Shown here piece after piece: positions 26,178 to 35,962 of a stretch of DNA of 64,000 nt. Source of the DNA: a virus (taxonomy: Duplodnaviria; Caudoviricetes); the IMG/VR virus record IMGVR_UViG_3300030330_004274, positions 96,001-160,000 of that record; one strand, 5' to 3'. Numbering within the stretch: the stretch's first letter is position 1; each line of letters begins with the position of its first letter. Below the pieces are notes generated by a model. The model did not search any database, was not told the origin of the DNA, and saw only the letters and a list, made by a program, of their open reading frames with translations. The position numbers and the translations under genes are program-made.

Positions 26178-28028
26178 ATGGCAGAACAAGAAAATATATT
26201 TTTAAGATTAGGAAAATTATTCCAAAATCAAATAGTTTTAAGAAAAACAGATTCAGGACAAGTAAAAGTCAAAGATGTAGATTTTTCTCAAACTGGACTA
26301 AAATCAAATTTTATAGATAGATACGCACGATTGATGGGTTCTTCAAATTTAGGTAGTTATGCTGCAAGAGAAAGTAGAAACGCATATGATACTGCTCGAA
26401 GAGAACTTTATAAAGATTATGAATTAATGGATGCAGACCCAATTATATCATCTGCGTTAGATGTATATTCAGATGAATCTACTATAAATAATGTAGAAAA
26501 TAAAATTTTAAGAGTTAAATCTGATAACACAAAAGTAGTAAGTATATTAAATAATTTATTTTCAGATGTGCTTAATATAGAATTTAACTTATGGTCTTGG
26601 ATTAGAAATCTTACAAAGTATGGTGACTTTTATTTAAATTTAGAAATATTAGATAAATATGGTGTTGTAAATGTAAAACCTCTTTCACCATATGATGTAC
26701 ATAGATTAGAAGACCACGACCCAAGTAATCCAAAACAAGTACAATTTGAAGTTGAGGGTGACAGTGGTGATAGTTTAGGTAGAAATAATAAACCAAAAGT
26801 TTTAGAAAACTATGAAGTAGCTCATTTTAGAAATTTATCAGATACAAATTATCTACCTTATGGTAAATCAATGTTAGAAGGTGCAAGAAGAGTATGGAAA
26901 CAATTAACTCTTATGGAAGATGCTATGTTGATTCATAGAATGATGAGAGCACCAGAAAAAAGGATATTCAAAGTAGATATTGGAAACATACCACCAAATG
27001 AAGTAGAAAACTTTATGAATCAAATTATCAATAAAATGAAAAAAGTACCAGTTATTGACCAAAAAACAGGTGATTATAATTTAAGATATAATATAGAATC
27101 AGTAACAGAAGATTATTACTTACCTGTTCGTGGTTCAGATAGTGGAACAAATATAGAATCTTTACCTGGTTTAACAAACGAAGGTGCTATTGATGATATT
27201 GAATATTTAAGAAACAAACTTATGGCAGCATTAAAAATACCAAAAGCATTTCTTGGGTATGATGAGAATGTAGGTTCAAAAGCTACATTGGCTGCTGAAG
27301 ATGTAAGATTTGCAAGAACGATTGAAAGATTACAAAAAATAATTATTGCAGAATTAGAAAAAATTGCTATTGTTCATTTATATACACAAGGATTTGAAGA
27401 TGCGGAATTAATTAATTTTGAATTAGAATTAACAAATCCATCAATGATACATCAACAAGAAAAATTAGAGTTATTATCTCAACAACAAGATATAGCAAGT
27501 TCTTTACTTGAGAATAAAATTATGTCAAGAGAATGGGTATGGGATAATATTTTTGATTTAAATGAAGGTCAAAAGAAAAGTATATTTGAAGGTATTATTG
27601 AAGATAGAAAACAACAATTTAGATTTGAACAAATCGAAGCTGAAGGAAACGACCCAGCAGAATCTGGTGAATCAGTTGGTACTCCGGCAGACCTAATGGG
27701 AATCCAACACGAAGAAGGTGGTGAAGAGGGTGGTGGAATGCCTATGGCCAGAAGTGCTGATTGGGGTGGCGATAGAAGAAGTGGTACAGAAGAGCAAGAG
27801 TATGGTAATGAATACGATGCTGATGATTTAAAAGATGCCACAAAATATGAAAAACAAAAATATGGAAAACGAGAGTTCAAAGGTAAATCACCATTGGCTG
27901 TTGGTAAAGGTGGGACGATTGTTGCAAGAGAGGGATTATTAAATTCTCTAAAGAAAAAATTTGAAACAAAAAATAAAAAACAAGACTTGTTAAGTGAAGA
28001 AAATATTTTAGACGAAGATAATGAATAA
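26178..28028 (+). CDS. Portal protein (T4 gp20-like)
   Basis: KQLTLMEDAMLIHRMMRAPEKRIFKVDIGNIP and EDYYLPVRG...IESLPG motifs. Confidence 0.95.
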   Translation: MAEQENIFLRLGKLFQNQIVLRKTDSGQVKVKDVDFSQTGLKSNFIDRYARLMGSSNLGSYAARESRNAYDTARRELYKDYELMDADPIISSALDVYSDESTINNVENKILRVKSDNTKVVSILNNLFSDVLNIEFNLWSWIRNLTKYGDFYLNLEILDKYGVVNVKPLSPYDVHRLEDHDPSNPKQVQFEVEGDSGDSLGRNNKPKVLENYEVAHFRNLSDTNYLPYGKSMLEGARRVWKQLTLMEDAMLIHRMMRAPEKRIFKVDIGNIPPNEVENFMNQIINKMKKVPVIDQKTGDYNLRYNIESVTEDYYLPVRGSDSGTNIESLPGLTNEGAIDDIEYLRNKLMAALKIPKAFLGYDENVGSKATLAAEDVRFARTIERLQKIIIAELEKIAIVHLYTQGFEDAELINFELELTNPSMIHQQEKLELLSQQQDIASSLLENKIMSREWVWDNIFDLNEGQKKSIFEGIIEDRKQQFRFEQIEAEGNDPAESGESVGTPADLMGIQHEEGGEEGGGMPMARSADWGGDRRSGTEEQEYGNEYDADDLKDATKYEKQKYGKREFKGKSPLAVGKGGTIVAREGLLNSLKKKFETKNKKQDLLSEENILDEDNE

Positions 28029-28055
28029 AACTTTAGAATAAATATGAATTTACTT

Positions 28056-28071
28056 ATATTTATATATGAAT
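28056..28071 (+). promoter_or_regulatory. Late-promoter-like motif ATATTTATATATGAAT
   Basis: Exact copy of the motif. Confidence 0.7.
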
Positions 28072-28104
28072 AATTATATACTTGTCAAAAACGGAGATAT
28101 ATGA

Positions 28105-28983
28105 ATGCATAAGCTAAAACATACAAAAATCCGTAACACAGGACTTTTATTTGAATTTTTATTAAGACAAATAACTTCCGATGTGTTAAATAGCGATAAA
28201 GATAGTGTTGCGGTAAAAATCATTAAAGATAAATTTAATGAAAATACAGAGTTAGGTAAGGAACTGGCTCTTTATAATATAATAATAAATAAAAAATTCA
28301 ATACTGATAAAAAAGCAGATTATTTTATTAATGAAGTTCTTTCAGCAAGAACAAAATTAAAAACTCAAGTTTTAAAACGAGAGAGATATAATCTTATAAA
28401 AGAAATAAAAAACAATTATGATTTAACAAAATTATTATCTTCCAAAGTATCTAATTATAAAGTTTATGCATCAATATATAAATTATTTGAATATGCTTCT
28501 ACAATGTCTCCATCACAAAAAACAGAATCGTTTTTTAATTTAGTAGAGCATGTAACTACAAATAATAAGGAAATTAAATTATCAGAAACTATTGGAACTA
28601 AATTACCACAAGATGAAGATTTAAGAATTATAACATATAAAACTTTATTAGAAAAATTTAATGCAAAATATACTAAATTAAATCTTCCACAAAAATCATT
28701 ATTAAGAGCTTATATTAATAATGTATCTGGTACTAATTCATTAAAAGAATTTATTGAAACAGTTGTACCTGTTATTAAAAAAGATTTAAAAAAATACTCT
28801 AAAAATTTAAAAGATAAAGTTGTAAAAATCAAAATGAAAGAGGCAATTAAATCTGTTGATAAATTTTGTAAAGTTGGTAATGGTACTATTATTAAAGATT
28901 CAGTAGTTATACAAACTATGAGATATATGGAATTATTGAAGGAGCTAAAGAAAAGTGGAAATAAAAAACAAAAAGTCCTTTAA
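28105..28983 (+). CDS. Head-module hypothetical protein
   Basis: Between portal and protease. HTKIRNTGLLFEFL N-terminus. Confidence 0.7.
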   Translation: MHKLKHTKIRNTGLLFEFLLRQITSDVLNSDKDSVAVKIIKDKFNENTELGKELALYNIIINKKFNTDKKADYFINEVLSARTKLKTQVLKRERYNLIKEIKNNYDLTKLLSSKVSNYKVYASIYKLFEYASTMSPSQKTESFFNLVEHVTTNNKEIKLSETIGTKLPQDEDLRIITYKTLLEKFNAKYTKLNLPQKSLLRAYINNVSGTNSLKEFIETVVPVIKKDLKKYSKNLKDKVVKIKMKEAIKSVDKFCKVGNGTIIKDSVVIQTMRYMELLKELKKSGNKKQKVL

Positions 28984-29263
28984 TAGTTTAGTTAAATCAT
29001 TAACTGAAAAGATTTTAGAGGAAGAAGATTTAGATGAAATAACTACAACAGGTAATGTTGCTGGATATTCTACTCCTTTTGCTTTTAGTAGTAAAGAGGA
29101 TAAAAAAAAGAAGAAAAAAAGATTAACAAAAAGTACTGGTTATTCTGTAGTTAAAGAAGCTCTCGATGATAAAGATTTACAAAAAATAACAAAATTAATC
29201 AAAGTTGTTGTTGGTGATATAATAAGAGATATTTGGTTAAAAAGAAGTGCTTGGAATAAATAG
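28955..29263 (+). CDS. Hypothetical head-associated protein
   Basis: GTG start after AAGGAG. EITTTGNVAGYSTPFAF motif. Confidence 0.65.
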   Translation: MEIKNKKSFNSLVKSLTEKILEEEDLDEITTTGNVAGYSTPFAFSSKEDKKKKKKRLTKSTGYSVVKEALDDKDLQKITKLIKVVVGDIIRDIWLKRSAWNK

Positions 29264-29274
29264 GAGATATTTAA

Positions 29275-29694
29275 ATGGCTAAAACATATTCATCAGGTTC
29301 AAGAATGGATGATAGATATTATGCTAATGTAAAACAACAATTAGAAGGCATAACATTTAATAAAAGACAAAAAGCCGCTATGGCATGGAAATTACAACCT
29401 CTATGTTTGTCAGAAGCAACTGCAGCAGCAGATGATACAACTCCAAGTGTTGCAAATATAAATGTATTATTGATTGGTGCAAATTCTGGAGGAACTGCAA
29501 TAACTCAACTTGATGATGCAATTGCAGGACAAGTTGTAACCATAATAATTACAAGTGGTACAAATTCATCAACAATAGCAGATAGTGGTAATTTTAAATT
29601 AAGTGCAGCATTTAATCCAAATGCAGATGATACTATAACTTTATACACATCGAATGGTACAACTTGGTACGAAATAAGCAGGTCAGCAAATTAA
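29275..29694 (+). CDS. Hypothetical structural protein
   Basis: AGGAG SD. C-terminal GQVVTI...W.E.S domain resembles the C-terminus of 2677. Confidence 0.6.
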   Translation: MAKTYSSGSRMDDRYYANVKQQLEGITFNKRQKAAMAWKLQPLCLSEATAAADDTTPSVANINVLLIGANSGGTAITQLDDAIAGQVVTIIITSGTNSSTIADSGNFKLSAAFNPNADDTITLYTSNGTTWYEISRSAN

Positions 29695-29708
29695 TAGGAG
29701 ATATTAGG

Positions 29709-30335
29709 ATGGCAAAAGAAATAATAGTAGATTATATACCATTTGAGGTAACACCACAACAAATCAATGAATCTATGAAAAACAATAATGGTAGGTTGGT
29801 TGTTAAGGGTGTGTTACAAAGAGCAGAAGCAAAAAATCAAAATGGTAGAATCTATCCCAAAGAAACTTTGATGAGAGAAGCAAAAAAATATGCAGAAATT
29901 CAAATCAAAGAAAGAAGGGCATTAGGAGAACTCGACCATCCAGATTCTTCTGTTGTTAATCTAAATAATGTATCACACAATGTATTAGAAATGCATTGGA
30001 AAGGTGATGATTTGGTTGGTACTGTTGAAGTACTTGGAACACCTGCAGGAAACATCTTAAAAGAATTATTTAAATCAGGTATTAAACTTGGTATTTCATC
30101 AAGAGGATTAGGTTCAGTAAAAGAAATATATGAAGATGAAAGTGATGCAGTAGAAGTACAACCAGATTTTGAATTGATTGCATTTGATTTTGTATCAAAT
30201 CCATCCACACACGGAGCATTCTTATCACCAACAAATGAAGGTAGATTAAATGAAGGTGTTGGAACAAGAGATGGTGTGTGTTGTCACGATTGTAAAATTG
30301 AAAACATAATCAACGATATATTCAGAGGAGAATAA
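29709..30335 (+). CDS. Prohead protease (T4 gp21-like)
   Basis: NQNGRIYP, ALGELDHP, GISSRGLGS and DFVSNPS motifs. ATG 29709 has AGGAG at 29696. Confidence 0.95.
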   Translation: MAKEIIVDYIPFEVTPQQINESMKNNNGRLVVKGVLQRAEAKNQNGRIYPKETLMREAKKYAEIQIKERRALGELDHPDSSVVNLNNVSHNVLEMHWKGDDLVGTVEVLGTPAGNILKELFKSGIKLGISSRGLGSVKEIYEDESDAVEVQPDFELIAFDFVSNPSTHGAFLSPTNEGRLNEGVGTRDGVCCHDCKIENIINDIFRGE

Positions 30336-30336
30336 A

Positions 30337-30669
30337 ATGGATTATAAAAAAATGATGGGATATGGTGATAAAAAGAAAGTTACCAAAAAAGAATCAAAAC
30401 CTAAACAAAATAAAGTATTAGAATCCATTAAAGAAGAGTTTGGATATAAAAATAATTTAAAAGAAGTAGGTGCTGCCCCACAATATAAAAAATTTGTAAA
30501 ATCAATAGATAAAGAAAGAGATAAAGTTGGAAGAGAAACTTTAAAATTTGTTGATTTATTAAGAAAAAAAGGATTAACTGATGCAGCAGATGATTTGTTG
30601 GATAGTTACAAAAAAAATATTGTTAAATTTGGGTTAGAAGTTAAAAAAATTATGAGAAAGATAATATAA
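30337..30669 (+). CDS. Hypothetical protein (putative head internal)
   Basis: GAGGAG SD, IKE/LKE motifs. Confidence 0.6.
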   Translation: MDYKKMMGYGDKKKVTKKESKPKQNKVLESIKEEFGYKNNLKEVGAAPQYKKFVKSIDKERDKVGRETLKFVDLLRKKGLTDAADDLLDSYKKNIVKFGLEVKKIMRKII

Positions 30670-32177
30670 TGCCTTCATCGTCAAAATCACAACAAAGGTT
30701 TTTTGGAGTTGTGAAAGCGATGCAAAAAGGTGAAATGCCTAAAAAAGGTGAAGCAGGTAAACTTGCTAAAACAATGAGTAAAGATGATGTTGATGATTTT
30801 GCTTCAACGAAACACAAAGGGAAACCAGAAAAAGTGAAACAAGAGACAAAAGTTAGACAATTAATTAGAAAAATGGTTCGTGAAACTATGACAGAAATTG
30901 ATGAAGCTGCTAAAAGAGATTATAAAGCAGAATACAAAAAGTTTCAATCATCTACTAAATCTAAAAAATACAGAGCAGAATTAAACAAATACAATAGACA
31001 AAAAGGAACTTATGGAAATGGTGATGGTAAAGATGCATCACATAAAGGTGGGAAGATTGTAGGATTTGAAGCAGAATCAAAGAATAGAGGAAGAGCTGAA
31101 AAGAGTAGATTGAAGAAAGAAGGAAAACTCAACGAAAAACCAAAAGTTCAAAGATATGTAGTAGGACTTGACAATGGTGAAGTGATGAGTGGAGACAAAT
31201 CAGTAACTGAAAAAAGAGCTTTACAAATAATGTCAAGAATCTCTAAACGGTCTGATGGTTGGGTTAATCCATTTATGATTGGTGTGGAGGCTTGGAATGG
31301 AACTCATCCAAAAAGTAAAGGTAAACCACATAAAATGAATAAAAAGAAAATTATGGTTAAAGAAGGATTGGATTTAAAGAAACTTGAAACTGCTATAAAA
31401 GATTTTCAAAACAAAATTAAAAAACAAGGTAGAGTTACCAATGCTAGAGATGAAGAACATTTAAAACAATTGATTAAAGTTTACAAACAAATGGGTGGAA
31501 GAAAAATTAAAGAGGCTTGTCAAAAAGGATACAAGACACATCCAACTCGTAAAACAAAAGAAATGTTTGGTAAAAGGTATCGTAATTGTATTAAGGCAGA
31601 AGATAAACTTAAAGAGGGTTCTGATACCTTTGTTAATATCTTGAACAAATTTGGATTCAAAAAAGGTGCAAGAGATTGGGGTGGACATCAGTTCTTTGTT
31701 CATAAGAGTAAAGATTTATACGCAACATACAATCCAAGTGGTAGAAGTATAGTTATTGAGCCAAAACGAGGTGGTAAACCTGTATTTGATTCTGCTAGAA
31801 GTAATTTTTCTATTAGAGCTTTGTTAAATTATTTACAATCACCTAAAAATAAATTTGTAAGTACAGAAGGAAAACTTACAGAATCACAACAAGTGGCCAA
31901 AACCATTCTACAACAATTAGGTGGTAATAGATTTATTGCTATGACTGGTGCAAAGAATTTTGGTTCAAGTAGAAATAGTTTACAATTTAAGATAGGTAGA
32001 AACTCAAAATCAATATCGCATGTCATAATAACTTTGAAATCTTCTGATTTATATGATGTGGAGTTTATTAGAATGAGAGGTACAAGTAGAAAAGTAGTTA
32101 AAAAGGTAAAAGGTGTATATGCAGACCAACTTGGTACAATGTTTAAAAAATATACTGGTATGAATGTGAGATTGTAA
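30669..32177 (+). CDS. Modular basic protein (putative protease-processed internal polyprotein)
   Basis: Several small domains separated by KLNE, MVKE, KIKE, KLKE, KLTE. One module is HNH-like (GDGKDASH...SKNRGR). Confidence 0.6.
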   Translation: MPSSSKSQQRFFGVVKAMQKGEMPKKGEAGKLAKTMSKDDVDDFASTKHKGKPEKVKQETKVRQLIRKMVRETMTEIDEAAKRDYKAEYKKFQSSTKSKKYRAELNKYNRQKGTYGNGDGKDASHKGGKIVGFEAESKNRGRAEKSRLKKEGKLNEKPKVQRYVVGLDNGEVMSGDKSVTEKRALQIMSRISKRSDGWVNPFMIGVEAWNGTHPKSKGKPHKMNKKKIMVKEGLDLKKLETAIKDFQNKIKKQGRVTNARDEEHLKQLIKVYKQMGGRKIKEACQKGYKTHPTRKTKEMFGKRYRNCIKAEDKLKEGSDTFVNILNKFGFKKGARDWGGHQFFVHKSKDLYATYNPSGRSIVIEPKRGGKPVFDSARSNFSIRALLNYLQSPKNKFVSTEGKLTESQQVAKTILQQLGGNRFIAMTGAKNFGSSRNSLQFKIGRNSKSISHVIITLKSSDLYDVEFIRMRGTSRKVVKKVKGVYADQLGTMFKKYTGMNVRL

Positions 32178-32410
32178 TGATTAAACTAAAAGATATATTA
32201 ATAGAAAAAACAGTTAAATACAACGAAAAAGATTGGAAGAAATATAACAGTATGGTTAAACGAAATAAACTTGTTGCATTCCAAACTGCAAATGGCAGAC
32301 AATTTACTTGGAGTGATGATAGTGATAAGGATGGAGTTTGGGGTATTGACCAAGATGGTGGAGACCACGATTTTACACACGATGAAATATCTCACATATT
32401 AATATTTTAG
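32177..32410 (+). CDS. Hypothetical protein with MIKLKDILIE leader
   Basis: Leader family, TAATG coupling. Confidence 0.65.
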   Translation: MIKLKDILIEKTVKYNEKDWKKYNSMVKRNKLVAFQTANGRQFTWSDDSDKDGVWGIDQDGGDHDFTHDEISHILIF

Positions 32411-32419
32411 GAGAGAATA

Positions 32420-32713
32420 GTGATTATTAAACTAAAAGACATATTAACAGAAAAGAAAAAAATGGACCAAAAGTATTTGGATAAAATACATAAGTTGACT
32501 AAATACAATAATCATACCGAATCAAGAATATTTGTTGCTACACTTGTTGGTGATAAAAAATTAATGAAAGCATATGAAGGATTAAAAGCAGTACAAGACT
32601 ATATGGGAAGAGCAAATGAAATTATTAAACCAAGAACATACTTAGATTTAAAATTAAAAGATGCTATAGAAAGAAAATTTTTAAATTCAGCAGAAATCTG
32701 GGGATTACTATAA
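32420..32713 (+). CDS. Hypothetical protein with MIIKLKDILTE leader
   Basis: GTG start, AGGAG SD. Confidence 0.65.
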   Translation: MIIKLKDILTEKKKMDQKYLDKIHKLTKYNNHTESRIFVATLVGDKKLMKAYEGLKAVQDYMGRANEIIKPRTYLDLKLKDAIERKFLNSAEIWGLL

Positions 32714-33297
32714 TGATTAAATTAAAAAAAATATTAGAAGGAACTTGTGGATATGGTGAGAATGGTGAACTTGGTGAAGAACCAGCAGGTCCTCATTTAA
32801 TTAAAAAGAAAAAAATAAAAGAATTTGATGCTAAAATGCAAAAAAATCATTTCCTTAATCTAATTAAACAAGAAATAGAAAGTCTTAAAGGTCAAATCGC
32901 ATATGCTAAAGATAAGGTTAGATATAAAGGAACACCTGATTGGGAAAAGAAAGAATTTAAAGGGGTTTTAAAAGATTTATTTAAAAAATTAAAAGATTCT
33001 GAAAAACATTATAAAAGAGTTCAGAAACTTAAAGAAGAAAAACTTACAGAAGGAAAGTTTCAAATGAAAGGTAAGTATTTATATATGCCAAGTGGTGAGG
33101 TATCATCAATACCAACTCATCGTGATAGGGATGCAATTGTTGTTGGTATTAAATATAACCAATTTAAAATTTATATGGATGGAACAAAACCATATGCATA
33201 TGGTTCAAGATATGATAAAAGATTTAATAATACAAAAGATTTAGTTAAATGGTTAAATGATTCAAAAGCTAAATATATAGGAATAGATAATAAATGA
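32713..33297 (+). CDS. Hypothetical protein with MIKLKKILE leader
   Basis: Leader family, internal KIKE and KLTE. Confidence 0.65.
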   Translation: MIKLKKILEGTCGYGENGELGEEPAGPHLIKKKKIKEFDAKMQKNHFLNLIKQEIESLKGQIAYAKDKVRYKGTPDWEKKEFKGVLKDLFKKLKDSEKHYKRVQKLKEEKLTEGKFQMKGKYLYMPSGEVSSIPTHRDRDAIVVGIKYNQFKIYMDGTKPYAYGSRYDKRFNNTKDLVKWLNDSKAKYIGIDNK

Positions 33298-33845
33298 AAC
33301 TTCAAGATATAATAAAAGATATAGAATTAGGTAAAGTTTATACTGATAAAGATAAACCACCTTTTAAAGTAAATGAAGTTTCTTTAAAAAGATGGAAAGT
33401 TTATGTTTCAGGTCAATCAGAACCACTTACTCTTTTAGGTAAAGATGCAAAATCTGTTAAACAATTGGCATATCAAATGATACAGAATAGTAGTGTAAGA
33501 GTAAGAAAAGTTGTTAGAGAAGGATTAGATGAAGTTGGGGATATGGATAGACCTCAAGGATTTTCATCACCAGAAGCAAAAAAAGTAATTGATTCAGAAT
33601 TAAAAGATTGGGCAAAAGATTTAAGAAAAGTTCAAGGTAGAGTTGTAAAAACTTGGATGTCAAAAGCTAAAAGTGGTGTTATTGATTACTTTGATTTAAT
33701 TAGAGGATTACAAACAGGTGATGCGAGAAGAGCTCATCCATATGAAGTAGATTTTTTAATGAAATTATTAACTAAAGATAAAATTATAAATAGATTTAGA
33801 AGTTACTTTGGTGGTAAAAAAGGTAAAGCTAGTAGAACTAAATAG
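33294..33845 (+). CDS. Hypothetical protein (MKLQDIIKDIE leader)
   Basis: ATGA overlap with upstream gene. Confidence 0.65.
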   Translation: MKLQDIIKDIELGKVYTDKDKPPFKVNEVSLKRWKVYVSGQSEPLTLLGKDAKSVKQLAYQMIQNSSVRVRKVVREGLDEVGDMDRPQGFSSPEAKKVIDSELKDWAKDLRKVQGRVVKTWMSKAKSGVIDYFDLIRGLQTGDARRAHPYEVDFLMKLLTKDKIINRFRSYFGGKKGKASRTK

Positions 33846-33853
33846 AGGAAATA

Positions 33854-34147
33854 ATGGCAAAAATTACAAATCAACATTTATCAGATAGATTAGATTGTAT
33901 TGAAAAAAGATTACCAAATGGTGAACTTAAAGAAATGCATGAAATGATAAAAGAAATAAAGGAGATTTTATTAGACCCTGAAGATGGTATTGTTGTAAGG
34001 GTAAATAAAAATACATATTGGAGAAAAGAATTGGACGCAGATGAGTTTAAAGCATTATTAAGATGGAAACAAGGTGTAACACATGCAATGTGGGTAGTTT
34101 ATTCAGCCGTGTTGGGAATATTAGTTAAATTAATATTTTGGAGTTAA
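33854..34147 (+). CDS. Coiled-coil protein with C-terminal TM helix (XhlA/holin-like architecture)
   Basis: Hydrophobic tail AMWVVYSAVLGILVKLIFWS. Confidence 0.5.
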   Translation: MAKITNQHLSDRLDCIEKRLPNGELKEMHEMIKEIKEILLDPEDGIVVRVNKNTYWRKELDADEFKALLRWKQGVTHAMWVVYSAVLGILVKLIFWS

Positions 34148-34150
34148 TGA

Positions 34151-35044
34151 ATGGCATTAATTGATAAAAAAAGTACAAAAACAATAAATGAAGATAGTGG
34201 AAAATATACTGGTACTTCCAAGTTGATTAATCTTGGTAAAGGGATAGAAAATTTCACTACACCATCATTATTAGATAGAACACGACCTGGTTTAAGTGAT
34301 ATAAAAAAAACTTTGGATAAACCTACAGGTGATATTGATAAAAAACCAGCATTTAATAAAATAGATAAAATAGATACTATTAAAAAACCACTTATTATGA
34401 AAGAACCTGTTGATAAAGGTAAATTAGTAAAACCTTTACCAAATAAGAAACCAATAAATACAGAATCAAATTTACTTAACTTTCCATTACCAGAAATTAA
34501 TAAAAGAAATCTTAACCAAAGTGTTCATTTAGGTACAAATGGTGAGATAGAACCTGGATATAGTAGATTGGATTTAGTACAAGATACAGAAGCAGATTTT
34601 GATACAAAAACTAAAATGATAAGTACCTTTACTAAACCACAAATGGAAGAAATTAAAAATTTACAAAAACCGACAGCTGTAATAGATAAAAATATGAAGG
34701 AAACTACAGAAAAACCATTGGGTAATCCAAAGAAAGATTTAGAAGTTGGAAAAAATAATTTAACAACTAATTTTAATACTCCCAAAGATGATAAAATTGG
34801 TAAAAATAATTTAACAAGTGATTTTAATCCATTAAAGCCAACAATTGGTGGTAATAACTTAACAAGTGATTTTAACAAATCAACAATAAAAATTGGTGGC
34901 AACAACTTAACAAGTGATTTTAATCCATTAAGACCTGCAATTGGTCAAAATAATTTAGGAAGTAATTTTAGTGTTCCAAAAAATGATATTGGAACTAATA
35001 ATTTAACAAGTGATATTGATACATCATTAAAATACAAACCATAG
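34151..35044 (+). CDS. Low-complexity protein with C-terminal IGxNNLTSDF repeats
   Basis: Six 16-17 aa repeats. Confidence 0.65.
   Translation: MALIDKKSTKTINEDSGKYTGTSKLINLGKGIENFTTPSLLDRTRPGLSDIKKTLDKPTGDIDKKPAFNKIDKIDTIKKPLIMKEPVDKGKLVKPLPNKKPINTESNLLNFPLPEINKRNLNQSVHLGTNGEIEPGYSRLDLVQDTEADFDTKTKMISTFTKPQMEEIKNLQKPTAVIDKNMKETTEKPLGNPKKDLEVGKNNLTTNFNTPKDDKIGKNNLTSDFNPLKPTIGGNNLTSDFNKSTIKIGGNNLTSDFNPLRPAIGQNNLGSNFSVPKNDIGTNNLTSDIDTSLKYKP
34745..35030 (+). repeat. Coding tandem repeat (~48-51 bp x6)
   Basis: AA(T/C)AA(T/C)TTAACAAGTGAT-like cores, all in frame. Confidence 0.75.
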
Positions 35045-35053
35045 GAGACAAAA

Positions 35054-35635
35054 ATGGCAAAGTTAAAAAATATACTACAAGAGGTGTTTGAAGACACACC
35101 AAAAGTAGATAAATTCAAAGTTGTAGAAGGTGTTAGAAACTTTGGTATTGTTGGTAAACAACTTTATAACAACAATAACATCGTTGAAGTTGCCAAACAA
35201 CTATCAGAAATAGCAGAATCTGCACATAACCATATTCTTGGTGAACAAGATGATTGGTTTGATAAGATTTCAGTAAACAAAAATATGAAAACATTAAAAG
35301 GTAGTGTGGTTGAATTTCAAAAAGCTGCTAAAGAAGCACATCAATTGAATCAACGAATGACTGCATTGTATGAAGACATAGGACATGTATTGAATCGTTA
35401 TTATGATATTGATGAAGCAGTTGACCACATTGATGATAAAGAGGCAAATACTAAATTTGATGATTTAAAAGATAAAGACATTGATAATGATGGTGATACA
35501 GATGATTCAGATGAATATTTACACAAAAAATTAGGAACTGTTGCTAAAAAAGATGAATCAGTAAAACCAAGATTGAAAGATGTTGGGGGTGTTGTTGGAA
35601 TCCCATCGCTTGGAGCAATGATTAAGGGTAAATAA
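35054..35635 (+). CDS. Putative head protein with EF-hand-like motif
   Basis: MAKLKNILQE leader, DKDIDNDGDTDDSDEYL. Confidence 0.6.
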   Translation: MAKLKNILQEVFEDTPKVDKFKVVEGVRNFGIVGKQLYNNNNIVEVAKQLSEIAESAHNHILGEQDDWFDKISVNKNMKTLKGSVVEFQKAAKEAHQLNQRMTALYEDIGHVLNRYYDIDEAVDHIDDKEANTKFDDLKDKDIDNDGDTDDSDEYLHKKLGTVAKKDESVKPRLKDVGGVVGIPSLGAMIKGK

Positions 35636-35961
35636 TGGATTTACTTCATCATTTAACACATCTTTTAATCTATAGTGCTCTTTTGTGGCAAATAGTTTTA
35701 GGATGTTACATATTATTGATATGGGTTTCTAAAAATATTAAATTTACACAGTCTCCTGTTCTTAATATTTCAGAAACAACAAAAAGTGGTTCTGTAATTG
35801 AAGAAAAAAAAGTAAAAAAAGATTTAGGACCCATTGAAGTAGATGTAAAGAAAAATGTAGTAATGGACACGAAATCAGATGAGAGTAGTGTTAAGTTAGA
35901 TGAAAAAATTAAGGGTAAAGTAAAAACCCAAAAAGATAAACTAAAAAAACTAAGAGGTTAA
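35635..35961 (+). CDS. Single-pass membrane protein, putative actin partner
   Basis: N-terminal TM. C-terminal IEVD.K...KGKVK..KDKLK.LR motif shared with 53825. Confidence 0.65.
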   Translation: MDLLHHLTHLLIYSALLWQIVLGCYILLIWVSKNIKFTQSPVLNISETTKSGSVIEEKKVKKDLGPIEVDVKKNVVMDTKSDESSVKLDEKIKGKVKTQKDKLKKLRG

Positions 35962-35962
35962 T

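Noticed and set aside
34745-35030. Possible CRISPR-like array
   Set aside because: The repeats are degenerate, in frame and protein-coding, with short related spacers and no cas genes.
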